A stretch of 64,000 nucleotides of DNA, taken from assembly GCA_038064915.1 (NCBI GenBank), contig JBBTSB010000010.1:19809-83808 (forward strand), given 5' to 3'. The position numbers were made by a program, and so were the translations under genes. Every line of letters starts with the position of its first letter. Within the stretch, counting starts at the first letter, position 1. Under the pieces are notes generated by a model. The model did not search any database and was not told where the DNA came from. It saw only the letters and a program-made list of their open reading frames with translations. This document shows, piece after piece, positions 47,348 through 57,064 of this stretch. Source of the stretch: Patescibacteria group bacterium (lineage in GTDB: Bacteria; Patescibacteriota; Minisyncoccia; 2-02-FULL-40-12; IGHO2-01-FULL-4-A).

Positions 47348-48418
47348 ATGAAACGCATATTTTTGCTACTGATACTTGTCATTTTTGTGGGGGGACTCTT
47401 GATTTGGCAGTCCGAGCGCCGTACAAAGCCTTCCCAGCCTGTACCGCCCGCCGGGTATACCCTTGAAGTCTACGCCCAGAGTTTGGATGATCCGCGGGTG
47501 ATAGCGTTTGATCCCCAGGGACGCATGCTGGTGAGTGAGACCTCCGCCGGACGGGTGACCCTGGTGACTCCGGATCGCAAGGTGCTCCTGGAAGAGCTTG
47601 ACAATCCTCATGGTCTGGCTTTCTATGAAGATAGGTCCGATAGGTCCTATACGACCTATCTGTACGTTGCTACTACACTCGAGGTGGCGCGCTACGCCTA
47701 TGATGTCGCCACTGCTACGGTGGATATTGCCAGCAAGAAAAATATTGTGGATCTTCCCAAAGGCGGCAAGCACTTCATCCGTACGATCGGCTTTGGAAAA
47801 GACTTTCGCGATGCGCCGATCATCGAAGGCTTGTCCCGCGAAAGTTTTTTGAGTCCCATCAAGCTCTATGTGAGTGTCGGTTCATCCTGCGATGCGTGTT
47901 TGGAGAACAGCTGGAAATATGCATCGATTCTGGAGTCTGATTCCAAAGGGACGTATACGGCGGAAGTGGCGGGGGGATTGCGCAACAGCGAATTTTTTAC
48001 CTTCCATCCCACGACAGGGGAACTGTGGGCATCGGAGCAAAGCCGTTCCCGGTTTCCCGATGAAATCAATATCATCAAGCCGCCACTCAAGTACGGCTGG
48101 CCGTACTGCTATGGCAACCAGATGTGGGACACGACGTTTACCGAAACGACCGATCGCACGGACTTGCCGATGGACTGTACAAGAACCGAACCGCCTGTCA
48201 TTGAGCTTCCGGAAAACGCCAATCCCCGTGGCATCGTCTTTTTGTCTCCCACGGAACTCCTCGTGGCCTATCAAGACAAGATCGTGCTTTTTGACGAACA
48301 GCACCAGCCGAGTGACTTTATGAACGGTTCGTTTGCCGATCTCAAGATTGACAGTCATGGCGATCTTTTCATCAGTGATGACAGCGCGGGAATTATTTAC
48401 CGGGTATCGCGTCCGTAA
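47348..48418 (+). CDS. secreted beta-propeller protein, PQQ-dependent sugar dehydrogenase (YliI/sGDH)-like
   Basis: Signal peptide; …FDPQGRMLVSETSAGRV… repeat pattern. Contains the in-frame palindromic repeat encoding EDRSDRSYTTYLY. Confidence 0.55.
   Translation: MKRIFLLLILVIFVGGLLIWQSERRTKPSQPVPPAGYTLEVYAQSLDDPRVIAFDPQGRMLVSETSAGRVTLVTPDRKVLLEELDNPHGLAFYEDRSDRSYTTYLYVATTLEVARYAYDVATATVDIASKKNIVDLPKGGKHFIRTIGFGKDFRDAPIIEGLSRESFLSPIKLYVSVGSSCDACLENSWKYASILESDSKGTYTAEVAGGLRNSEFFTFHPTTGELWASEQSRSRFPDEINIIKPPLKYGWPYCYGNQMWDTTFTETTDRTDLPMDCTRTEPPVIELPENANPRGIVFLSPTELLVAYQDKIVLFDEQHQPSDFMNGSFADLKIDSHGDLFISDDSAGIIYRVSRP
47630..47662. repeat. intragenic in-frame copy of ATAGGTCC/ATAGGTCCTAT palindromic repeat
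   Basis: GATAGGTCCGATAGGTCCTATACGACCTATC inside ORF 47348..48418. Confidence 0.6.
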
Positions 48419-49874
48419 CGCGGTTCTTGCGATACTGCTTGTGTTGGTATTTCTCCAGCCCTTTTTGAGCGCGCGCCGGTTTGGTCCGGTGACGGACGAA
48501 GTACCGCACATCGCCGCCGGCTATTCCTACTGGAAGACGGAGGAAGTCACGCTCAATTCCCAGCATCCTCCGCTGGTCAAACTCCTCGCTACGATCCCCA
48601 TGCTTTTTATGGATATCCGTTTTGATCCTGCCGACATGGCGCTGGGGCAGTGGCTTTTTGGGAGGAAATTTCTCTTTTCAAACGACGTTGATCGAATTCT
48701 CGCCTGGGCTCGCTTGATTCCCATGCTTCTCTCGGTGCTTCTGGGGTACTTCATCTATCGTTGGGCCAGGGAGCTTTTTAAAAATGATTGGGTGGGGATT
48801 TTGGCGCTTGGTATCTATGCGTTCATGCCCCCTATCCTCGCGCATGCCCAATTTGTGACGACGGATCTTGCTGTGGCGGCGTTCAGTTTCATCACCCTGT
48901 ACTTTGTGTGGCGGCGTTCGCTGTGGGCAGGGCTATTTTTGGGGCTGGCGCTTGCGACAAAGTTTTCCGCGCTCGTACTTCTTCCTATTGTTGTCATCGC
49001 GATGGGAGTACGGTGGCGCAAGACGTTGGCGATTCTTGGCATCGCGTTTGCTTTGCTCTATGTGGTATATCTACTTCCCAGCAACCTACACTTCTACCTT
49101 GATGGCTACCGGGCGCTGTATTCTGATCGAAGTCCCGATTACCTCTATTATTTGAACGGCCATTTTTCGGATGACGGGTTTTGGTATTATTTCTTGGAAG
49201 CCTTCCTTATCAAGACGCCAATTCCGTTTTTGATCGGTCTCCTGGGGGCGGTTGTTTATTCCAGTAAGTTCAAATTCAATTGGACAACAAACGTGCTATT
49301 GTGGGGGACTCCCGTGCTGTTTCTACTCGCGACGACGCTCAAGGCTGAGCAAATTGGAGTGCGATATTTATTGCCGATGTATCCGTTTTTGATTGTTTTG
49401 GTGTCGGGTTGGATATTCAAAATTTCAAATTTTAAATTATCATTTTCCATTTTGATTTTTGCATTTTCCATTTGGTACGTCGTTGGCACTGTTCGCATGT
49501 ACCCCGACTATCTTGCGTACTTCAACGAGTCTGTCGGTGGGCCACGCAACGGCTACCGGTATCTCGATGATTCGAATGTGGAATGGGGACAGGATGTAAA
49601 ACGTCTGGCCACGTACCAGCGCGAGCATGCCGGTACCAAGGTCATCTCTCCGTGGGAGGCAATCGACCTGGCATACTACGGAATAGGCGACAACCAGTTT
49701 ACCGCAAGCGGTGAGTGGTGGAAGGACCCGCATGGACGCTACGCGGTGAGCATATTTTATTTGATTCGTGCAAAAGCAGCCGCATTGCGCTATGGAGCTT
49801 CGGAAATTGACTGGCTTTCTCGCTTCCAGCCTGTAGATCGGATCGGCTATTCCTATTTTGTCTACGAATTATGA
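48378..49874 (+). CDS. GT-C membrane glycosyltransferase, GT39/GT83 (PMT/ArnT)-like, no TPR
   Basis: ~11 TM segments; first-loop DE motif (TDEVPHIAAGYSYW). ORF 48333..49874; the start is uncertain and overlaps the upstream gene. Confidence 0.7.
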   Translation: MTARELFTGYRVRNAVLAILLVLVFLQPFLSARRFGPVTDEVPHIAAGYSYWKTEEVTLNSQHPPLVKLLATIPMLFMDIRFDPADMALGQWLFGRKFLFSNDVDRILAWARLIPMLLSVLLGYFIYRWARELFKNDWVGILALGIYAFMPPILAHAQFVTTDLAVAAFSFITLYFVWRRSLWAGLFLGLALATKFSALVLLPIVVIAMGVRWRKTLAILGIAFALLYVVYLLPSNLHFYLDGYRALYSDRSPDYLYYLNGHFSDDGFWYYFLEAFLIKTPIPFLIGLLGAVVYSSKFKFNWTTNVLLWGTPVLFLLATTLKAEQIGVRYLLPMYPFLIVLVSGWIFKISNFKLSFSILIFAFSIWYVVGTVRMYPDYLAYFNESVGGPRNGYRYLDDSNVEWGQDVKRLATYQREHAGTKVISPWEAIDLAYYGIGDNQFTASGEWWKDPHGRYAVSIFYLIRAKAAALRYGASEIDWLSRFQPVDRIGYSYFVYEL

Positions 49875-51487
49875 AATACGCCTTGCTTCTCATCGTGGTC
49901 GTTGCTGCGCTATACGGACAGACGTTTTCATTTGGCTATGTCGGTCTCGATGAAGAAGAGCTCATTGTCCAGCGGCAGGGTTTTTTGCGGAATCCGGCAA
50001 ACATTCCCGTGATATTCACACACGATGTCAGCTATCCCAATAAAACTTCTCCGTACTACCGTCCAATGCTCACCCTATCGTTCATGGCGGATGCCATGAT
50101 CGGCGGTACGAGCAACGTAGTGGCGCACCTTACCAATGTACTCTTGCACATCGTTGCCGTCTTGCTCCTTTGGCGATTTTTTATTGCGCTTGGCATTGAG
50201 AAGTCCAAATCATTTTTTTATTCTCTGATCTTTGCTGTCCATCCTGTTTTCTCCCAAGCTGTCGCATGGGTGCCGGGGAGAAATGACACGCTATTGGCCG
50301 TTTTCGTTCTTTCCTCGTGCATCTTTTTTCTCAAGTCTCTTCGCCTCCGTTCGTGGAAACCGCACGCGGTACACTTTGCTTTGTTTGCGCTCGCGCTGTT
50401 GACCAAGGAAACCGCGGTTGTGGTTCCGATCATCATTATAGGAATATGGCTTTGGTTTTCTGGCGTGCCGTTTTCTTGGCGGCGTTTTTGGAGCTACGCA
50501 GTGCCTTGGATGATTCTTCTTGTTATCTGGTATGCCGTTCGGGCGCATGCACTTTCTTCCATCCCGGGGAAATCTCTGTCCGCAATGTTGTCGCAGATCT
50601 TGGGCTACGCTCCCCAGGTAGTGGTCTACTTGGGAAAAATCATATTACCATTTCAGCTTTCTGTGATGCCTTCCGCAGGGGATAGTGTTATTTGGTTTGG
50701 TTTGGGGGCTCTTATCATTCTGTGTGCCCTGGTATATATCAGCAGGAAATACTTGCGATCTTCACAGGTATTCTTTGGTGCTTGCTGGTTCTTGTCGTTC
50801 TTGGTTCCATCGCTGATCAGCTATGATGATCCGTCCAGGGTGGTATTTTTTGAACATCGGCTTTACCTGCCGCTGATCGGTGTATTGCTCATATTTGCAT
50901 TGCTTCCGGGGAGAGTCTGGAAAATCGGCGCACCCATCCTTGTTGGTTTTGCCGTGCTTGCTTTTTTTCATGTTCGAACATTTCGCAGTGAAATTTCTTT
51001 CTGGGAGCAGGCTGTATCGTCATCACCCAGTATGGCTCGCGCGCGCAACTCTTTGGGAGTTGCCTACGCCAATGCGGGACGCCTCGGAGATGCGTTTCAG
51101 GAATATCAAACCGCGTACCGCATGACCCCGGATGATTATTTGATCAATACCAGTTTGGGGAATGCCTATCGGTTGCGGCGAGAACCGGCGCTTGCCGAAG
51201 AGCACCTCAAAAAAGCTATTTCCATAAATCCTGCCCGCGCGCCAGCGCATCACTACCTGGGATTCCTCTATGCAACACAAAAGCGTTTTTCTGAAGCCGA
51301 GCAGGAATGGTTTCTTGCGCTTCAATACAATTCACAGTACGCTCCACCACATGAAGCTTTGGCGGTATACTATGCACAGGTAGGGCGATTTGAAGAATCC
51401 ATCGTGCACATCCGCGCCATCATGGAACTGGGAGCTCCAGTTCTTCCCGAACTTATGAACATATTGCAGACACATCAACAGCCATGA
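49871..51487 (+). CDS. TMTC/PMT_2-like GT-C membrane glycosyltransferase with C-terminal TPR repeats (paralog 1)
   Basis: ATGA coupling to the upstream gene; DEEE loop motif, YYRP motif, TPR tail. Confidence 0.75.
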   Translation: MKYALLLIVVVAALYGQTFSFGYVGLDEEELIVQRQGFLRNPANIPVIFTHDVSYPNKTSPYYRPMLTLSFMADAMIGGTSNVVAHLTNVLLHIVAVLLLWRFFIALGIEKSKSFFYSLIFAVHPVFSQAVAWVPGRNDTLLAVFVLSSCIFFLKSLRLRSWKPHAVHFALFALALLTKETAVVVPIIIIGIWLWFSGVPFSWRRFWSYAVPWMILLVIWYAVRAHALSSIPGKSLSAMLSQILGYAPQVVVYLGKIILPFQLSVMPSAGDSVIWFGLGALIILCALVYISRKYLRSSQVFFGACWFLSFLVPSLISYDDPSRVVFFEHRLYLPLIGVLLIFALLPGRVWKIGAPILVGFAVLAFFHVRTFRSEISFWEQAVSSSPSMARARNSLGVAYANAGRLGDAFQEYQTAYRMTPDDYLINTSLGNAYRLRREPALAEEHLKKAISINPARAPAHHYLGFLYATQKRFSEAEQEWFLALQYNSQYAPPHEALAVYYAQVGRFEESIVHIRAIMELGAPVLPELMNILQTHQQP

Positions 51488-53169
51488 AGTACGCAGTCAT
51501 CATTCTCATTCTTGTCGGTGCGCTGATCTATGGTTTTAATGTAACCGGCCAGCTTTTGTGGGATGACATCGAATGGATCGCGACCAATCCTTTTGTCCAC
51601 TCGTTTTCGTGGGACAATATCAAACATTGGTTCAGTGGTAATGTTTTGGAGGGAATTGGTCTCTCGAGCAATTACTACCGGCCGTTCCTCTTTGCCACAT
51701 TCACCTTTAACTACGTCATGCACGGCGTACATCCTGTTGGATGGCATGTTGTAAGCAATCTAATTCATATTGCCAACGCCATCCTTCTTGTTTTCCTGTT
51801 GATGCGCCTGTTTGGCAATCGATTTCTTGCTTTTTGGGTTGGTCTGATCTTCCTCGTTCATCCGCTTCAAACCGAGGCGGTGACATACATCTCCGGCCGG
51901 GGGGATCCTCTGGCCGCGCTTTTCATGCTTTCCGCGCTGTTGCTATTCCTTCGGGGCCGGCGTGTTCTCCCGCTTGTTTTTCTTGTACTTGCGCTCTTGA
52001 GTCGAGAAACAGCAATCATGTTTCCGTTCCTCCTGATGATCGTGCTGATCGTGCAGAGTAAAGAGACATTCTGGCGCTCGCTGAAAAAATCTTTTTTTCA
52101 AGCATTGCCGTATGTTGGCGTTGTCACCGCCTATGGCATATTGCGTCTTACGGTGCTGAACTTTGACAACACGCTCAATTTTTTCTCTTCCGCTGTTTCC
52201 AATCCCTACACGCAAAGTGTATTCGTCCGCCTGATTACCTTCTTGAGCATCCTGCCGACCTATGGCCGGCTTCTTCTGGTTCCCCTTGGTCTCCATATGG
52301 ACCGTGCGCCGGCCGTATATACGTCGCTGACGTTCTGGGAAGTGTGGGTGCCCCTGGTGGTGCTTCTGGGGCTCCTGTATGTGACCTATACGACCTATAG
52401 GTCTCATAGGACCTATGCTGGGGTTCTGTTTTTTGGCATTGCATGGTTTTTTGCGGCGATCAGTCCCATGAGCGGCATCACGCCTATCAATGCGATCATG
52501 TACGAGCACTGGCTCTACGTTCCACTCATTGGACCGTTTACGATTATCGTATATTTTCTTTCGCGCATTTCCTACCGCAAAGCGGTCATTGCCGTTCTTG
52601 TATTACTTACGGCTTGGTTTTCGTACCTTGCGATCCAACGCAATAGAATTTGGTCGAATCCAATTGCGCTGTTTGAAGATATCTTGCGCTATGAGCCCAT
52701 GAGTGCGCGGGCGCTGACCAATGCCGCGAACCTCTACTTTGAACAGGGTGATACCGCAATGGCCGAGGCCTACTACCGACGTGCCATCGCCACCAATACC
52801 TCATTTCCCCAAGCTTACTACAATCTTGCTCGGCTCCACCGCGAGCAGGGGAGATACACAGAAACGCTGCCCTTGCTCCGCCGTGCGCTTGATCTGGATC
52901 CAGGTTTTTTCTACGCCTACCAGGAGCTTGCCATCGTTTATGCGCATGAGGGGGATTTCATCCGGTCCCGCGATGCGCTTCTTGCGCTACGCGAACTGCG
53001 TCCTCAAGACCCGCGCGTGTATTTGAATTTGGGCAAAGTTGAACAGGCCCTGGGAAACACTCGTGAGGCGATACGCTGGTTGACTGCAGGATTACCGCTC
53101 TCGGAAAGTGATCTTGAGGCGCACCAGGAAATCCAAGCACTTCTTGACCAACTTGCCAAAAAACGGTAG
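51484..53169 (+). CDS. TMTC/PMT_2-like GT-C glycosyltransferase with C-terminal TPR repeats (paralog 2)
   Basis: ATGA coupling; WDD, YYRP, TPR tail. Contains the in-frame palindromic repeat (VTYTTYRSHRTYA). Confidence 0.75.
   Translation: MKYAVIILILVGALIYGFNVTGQLLWDDIEWIATNPFVHSFSWDNIKHWFSGNVLEGIGLSSNYYRPFLFATFTFNYVMHGVHPVGWHVVSNLIHIANAILLVFLLMRLFGNRFLAFWVGLIFLVHPLQTEAVTYISGRGDPLAALFMLSALLLFLRGRRVLPLVFLVLALLSRETAIMFPFLLMIVLIVQSKETFWRSLKKSFFQALPYVGVVTAYGILRLTVLNFDNTLNFFSSAVSNPYTQSVFVRLITFLSILPTYGRLLLVPLGLHMDRAPAVYTSLTFWEVWVPLVVLLGLLYVTYTTYRSHRTYAGVLFFGIAWFFAAISPMSGITPINAIMYEHWLYVPLIGPFTIIVYFLSRISYRKAVIAVLVLLTAWFSYLAIQRNRIWSNPIALFEDILRYEPMSARALTNAANLYFEQGDTAMAEAYYRRAIATNTSFPQAYYNLARLHREQGRYTETLPLLRRALDLDPGFFYAYQELAIVYAHEGDFIRSRDALLALRELRPQDPRVYLNLGKVEQALGNTREAIRWLTAGLPLSESDLEAHQEIQALLDQLAKKR
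52383..52417. repeat. intragenic in-frame copy of the ATAGGACCTAT palindromic repeat
   Basis: GACCTATACGACCTATAGGTCTCATAGGACCTATG inside ORF 51484..53169. Confidence 0.6.
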
Positions 53170-53185
53170 TCTTGCAGATACTACC

Positions 53186-53692
53186 ATGAAGAAAAACATC
53201 TTATTTGTCCTTATATTAGTGGTTATTATTCTCGGAGGGGCGTTTGTCGTGTGGAACAATAGACAGTCCGCTCAACCGAACCCTTCTCCGTCAAGTAGTG
53301 CTATCGCACCGACGCCCTCTCCCAGCGGGGCGGACATTACCCAGTTTACGAAACCGGCCAGCTGTCAGCTTTCCGGATCCATTGATTTTTTGCAAAAAAA
53401 TATCTTTCGTTCCAACGACGCTCTGTTCCGATATCAGGGCATTGACAATGAGGCGCGTTTGATCACCTGGACGGTCAGTCCAACCGATGAGTTTTCGATC
53501 GGCCCGAACATTTTTGCAAACCTTGATATTCCGGACGGCAGTCGTTCGCTTACGATTTCTCTTCCCGCCGAACCAAAAGCTCGCCAGTATACATTGACCG
53601 CTCGTATCTCCTATGGTCGCTGGGTCAATAACACCGTCGTTGTAAAAGAAGCACGATGCTCCGGTTCAATCCCCGTATATCTTCGCTATTAG
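53186..53692 (+). CDS. small secreted/membrane-anchored hypothetical protein (169 aa)
   Basis: ATG 53186 within ORF 53108..53692; signal peptide MKKNILFVLILVVIILGGAFVVW. Confidence 0.5.
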   Translation: MKKNILFVLILVVIILGGAFVVWNNRQSAQPNPSPSSSAIAPTPSPSGADITQFTKPASCQLSGSIDFLQKNIFRSNDALFRYQGIDNEARLITWTVSPTDEFSIGPNIFANLDIPDGSRSLTISLPAEPKARQYTLTARISYGRWVNNTVVVKEARCSGSIPVYLRY

Positions 53693-55455
53693 CGCTCTCT
53701 GCAAGCCTCATACTATCATTTGCGCTGTTTGGCAACGGCATAAAAGGAGATTATGTTTTTGACGACAAAATAGTCATTCTGGGCAATCCGCATTTGGAAG
53801 AGCGTCCGCCGAGTCTTATAGACATCTTTAGCGATTCCTACCATGCATACCAGCCGACGACCGGTTTGTATCGGCCGCTGACGATCGCAAGCTTTGCACT
53901 GAACACGTATATGTTCGGAACGTCGCCGGTGAGTTTTCATGTGTTCAATATCATCCTCCACGCTCTTGTGGGGTTCATGATCTATGTAATCGTCGGAAGT
54001 CTTGCCGATATGCGCACGGCCGTGGTAAGCGCGCTCCTGTTTCTGTTCCTTCCCATCCATGTCGAAGATGTTACGTCCTTGGTGGGTCGCGCGGAGCTTT
54101 TGGCGCTTTTGTTTTCGCTTGTAGCGCTGTATGCGGTCATGCGCGGAAAGTATCATTGGGGGGCGCTGGCGTTTCTTTTGGGGCTTTTCAGCAAGGAATC
54201 CGCGATCGCATTCATTCCGATTTGGCTTTCCTGGGAATATTTTTTCAACAAACAAACGATTCGCACAATCCTCAAGCGATTTTTGATTATGCTTCCTGCA
54301 ATCAGTATATATGCGGTGCTCCGTTATCTAGCTTTGGGGAAATATGTTCTTGCCAACGATGCCACGGCCGTCTACAATCCGCTCAAATTTGCTCCTTTTT
54401 TTGATACACTGTGGACCAGCGGCAAAATCGCTTTTCTCTATATTCAAAAAATGTTGGTGCCCACGGTTTTTTCTTCGGATTATTCGTTCAACCAGATTCC
54501 CGTCGTCCACAATCCCTTTAGCTCCTGGCAGGCCCTGCTCGGATTGACGATACTCGCGGGACTTGTGTGGATTGCCGTAAAAAAGCGGCGTTCGCTTGTT
54601 GGATGGTCTGCCGTAGTGTTTCTTGCTTTTTATTTCATCATATCAAATCTTATTTTCAAAACCGGTACCATCATGGCGGAGCGTTTGGTATATGCCGCAT
54701 CGCTTGGTCTGGTGATGTTATTGGCGCTGTGTATAGAGCATCTCCGAAAAAAAATCGGTCATGAAAAGGTCATCTATGGCGCTTTGACAATTATGTTGAT
54801 TTTCTATGGATACAAAACTATCAATCGCAATTCTGTTTGGATCAGCGAGGAACGGCTTTTTGCGTCTGCCGTTGTCGTGGCTCCGGAGAGTGTTGTGAAC
54901 CGCACCAACCTTGCCTATCTTCGCTATGTCCAAAAAGATCTTGAGGGCGCAAAGACGGAAAGCGAAGGAGTGTTGGCTATCGCTCCCGACCATGTGCCCG
55001 CTCTCAACCTGGCCGCGCAATCAAACAAAAAGCTTGGCAACCCCAAGGTTGCAGAAGATTACTGGAAGCGTGCCATTGAGCTCCGTCCAGATTATGTCCG
55101 CGGATATTTGGGATTGGGTGTGTTATACTACGAAAATGGTCACTTTCCGGACGCAGAGCTCATTCTTACCAAGGCGGTAAATATTTTCCCGCGCTGGAGT
55201 GAGGTGCTGTTTCTCTCGCTGACCAAAACGGCGCTAAAGAAATACGATGAGGCGATTGCGATTGTTATTCAGCACTTCGGAGAAGATCCGGAGCGACCGG
55301 ACCTCATCTTTGCTCTCGGCGTAGCCTACTACAAAAAAGGCGACCGCGAGCATGCCATGAAGTACCTGCGCAAGGTCCAAAATCCCAACCTTACCCAAGA
55401 GCAATTTTTACAAACCATTGAAAAAAACACTATTTTTCTCATTACTGATCTGTAG
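53656..55455 (+). CDS. TMTC/PMT_2-like GT-C glycosyltransferase with TPR (paralog 3)
   Basis: VFDDKIV, GLYRPL, TPR tail; very similar to paralog 5. Confidence 0.75.
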   Translation: MLRFNPRISSLLALSASLILSFALFGNGIKGDYVFDDKIVILGNPHLEERPPSLIDIFSDSYHAYQPTTGLYRPLTIASFALNTYMFGTSPVSFHVFNIILHALVGFMIYVIVGSLADMRTAVVSALLFLFLPIHVEDVTSLVGRAELLALLFSLVALYAVMRGKYHWGALAFLLGLFSKESAIAFIPIWLSWEYFFNKQTIRTILKRFLIMLPAISIYAVLRYLALGKYVLANDATAVYNPLKFAPFFDTLWTSGKIAFLYIQKMLVPTVFSSDYSFNQIPVVHNPFSSWQALLGLTILAGLVWIAVKKRRSLVGWSAVVFLAFYFIISNLIFKTGTIMAERLVYAASLGLVMLLALCIEHLRKKIGHEKVIYGALTIMLIFYGYKTINRNSVWISEERLFASAVVVAPESVVNRTNLAYLRYVQKDLEGAKTESEGVLAIAPDHVPALNLAAQSNKKLGNPKVAEDYWKRAIELRPDYVRGYLGLGVLYYENGHFPDAELILTKAVNIFPRWSEVLFLSLTKTALKKYDEAIAIVIQHFGEDPERPDLIFALGVAYYKKGDREHAMKYLRKVQNPNLTQEQFLQTIEKNTIFLITDL

Positions 55456-57064
55456 TGCGATTGTAGCGATCTACGCGCAAACGCTGAAGTTTGATTTTGT
55501 GTCCCTGGACGAGGAGGATCACCTTGCCAACCGCCAGTATTTTCTCTCATCAGTAAAAAATATTCCGGAAGCTTTTCAGCACAACACCTACTATCCCAAT
55601 GGAACATCGCAATACTACCGGCCCCTGCACACGATTTCCTTTATGCTCGATGCGATCGGCGACATCACTCCGTCAAAATCCCACGCCATCAACATCGTTC
55701 TCCACATGGGTGCGGCGTTGCTGCTGTTTTGGTTCATGCGGGAGCTGGGGATTGGAAAAACGGCTTCATTTTTTCTCGCACTGCTCTTCGCGGTACACCC
55801 GATCGGCAGTCGAATCGTGGGATGGGTGCCGGGGCGGAATGACGCCACGTTTGCTATATTTGCGATAGCCTCGTGTATCGCGTATCTCCGATGGGTGGCT
55901 CATCCCGAGCGCTGGTGGCTCATGGCGGTGCACCTGGTGCTGTTTTTTGCAGCTTTCTTGAGCAAGGAATTGGGCATCGTTTTGCCTATTCTGTACGTGC
56001 TCATGCCTCGCAATTATGTTGTATCTCGAAAACACGTTGGTCTGGTGGCCGGCGGTTGGATTCTTATCGTCATTTTCTGGTGGCTCATGAGATCCGAAGC
56101 ACTTGCGGGAACGGTTGTTACCGCGTGGAACGATTTGTTGCTGGGACTTTTTCCCAATACCGTTGCCATTCCTTTCTATCTCCAGATTTCTTCGTTGCCG
56201 CTCCATCCGTCCGTTATGCCGACGATGCAGGATGCGCTTCATTGGCTACCCATTGTCGTCAGCGGAGCTTTTATTGCCATACTCATCGTGCTTGGGAAGC
56301 GATTTCAACCCCGCAGTAATTTGCTTCTCTTTGGTATTGCCTGGTTTCTCCTATTTCTTCTTCCTTCTCTTGCGGGGTATGGATCGGATATCCGTCTGGT
56401 GCTATTTGAACACCGAGCCTATGTTCCGCTCATGGGACTGCTGTTTATTGCCGCCGCTTTTCCCTGGGGCCGCATGATTCCTTTCTCCCGTTCCCGTCGC
56501 TTCATCCTTGCGGGAGCTGTAGTTGCCGTGTATGGTGTTTTTGCCTTTTTGGGAACTCGTGATTTTCGGGATGCTTTGACATTTTGGGAAAAAGCAGTAG
56601 CGCAAGCGCCCGACTACGCCGGATCACATAAAGGGCTGGGAACGGTGTATGTCAACAGAGGACGTTTTGATGATGCCGTGAACGAGTTTCAAAAAGCGCT
56701 CGAACTGAATCCGACAGAAAAACGCGTACACAACAACCTCGGCATTATTTACCTGAACCAACGGCGGGTGCAGGAGGCGGAAATGGAATTTCTCTCGGAG
56801 CTTGACGTAAACCCCGGCTATGCGATCACCTACAACAACCTCGGGTTTGTGTACGCCACGCAGAAGCGATTTGCAGACGCGGAAAAAGCATGGCTTACGG
56901 CGCTGGTGTTCGATCCCTGGTATGCCGCTCCGCACCAGGGCCTGGCTATTATCTATGCCATTGCAAACAATAAAGAGCAGTCCTTGGCCCACATTGAGGC
57001 GCTCGTGAAGCTTGGTGCCCCGCTTTCTCCGGATATACAGAAGATCTATGAAAGTTACCGGTAG
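55418..57064 (+). CDS. TMTC/PMT_2-like GT-C glycosyltransferase with TPR (paralog 4)
   Basis: SLDEED, QYYRPL, TPR tail. Confidence 0.75.
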   Translation: MKKTLFFSLLICSAIVAIYAQTLKFDFVSLDEEDHLANRQYFLSSVKNIPEAFQHNTYYPNGTSQYYRPLHTISFMLDAIGDITPSKSHAINIVLHMGAALLLFWFMRELGIGKTASFFLALLFAVHPIGSRIVGWVPGRNDATFAIFAIASCIAYLRWVAHPERWWLMAVHLVLFFAAFLSKELGIVLPILYVLMPRNYVVSRKHVGLVAGGWILIVIFWWLMRSEALAGTVVTAWNDLLLGLFPNTVAIPFYLQISSLPLHPSVMPTMQDALHWLPIVVSGAFIAILIVLGKRFQPRSNLLLFGIAWFLLFLLPSLAGYGSDIRLVLFEHRAYVPLMGLLFIAAAFPWGRMIPFSRSRRFILAGAVVAVYGVFAFLGTRDFRDALTFWEKAVAQAPDYAGSHKGLGTVYVNRGRFDDAVNEFQKALELNPTEKRVHNNLGIIYLNQRRVQEAEMEFLSELDVNPGYAITYNNLGFVYATQKRFADAEKAWLTALVFDPWYAAPHQGLAIIYAIANNKEQSLAHIEALVKLGAPLSPDIQKIYESYR

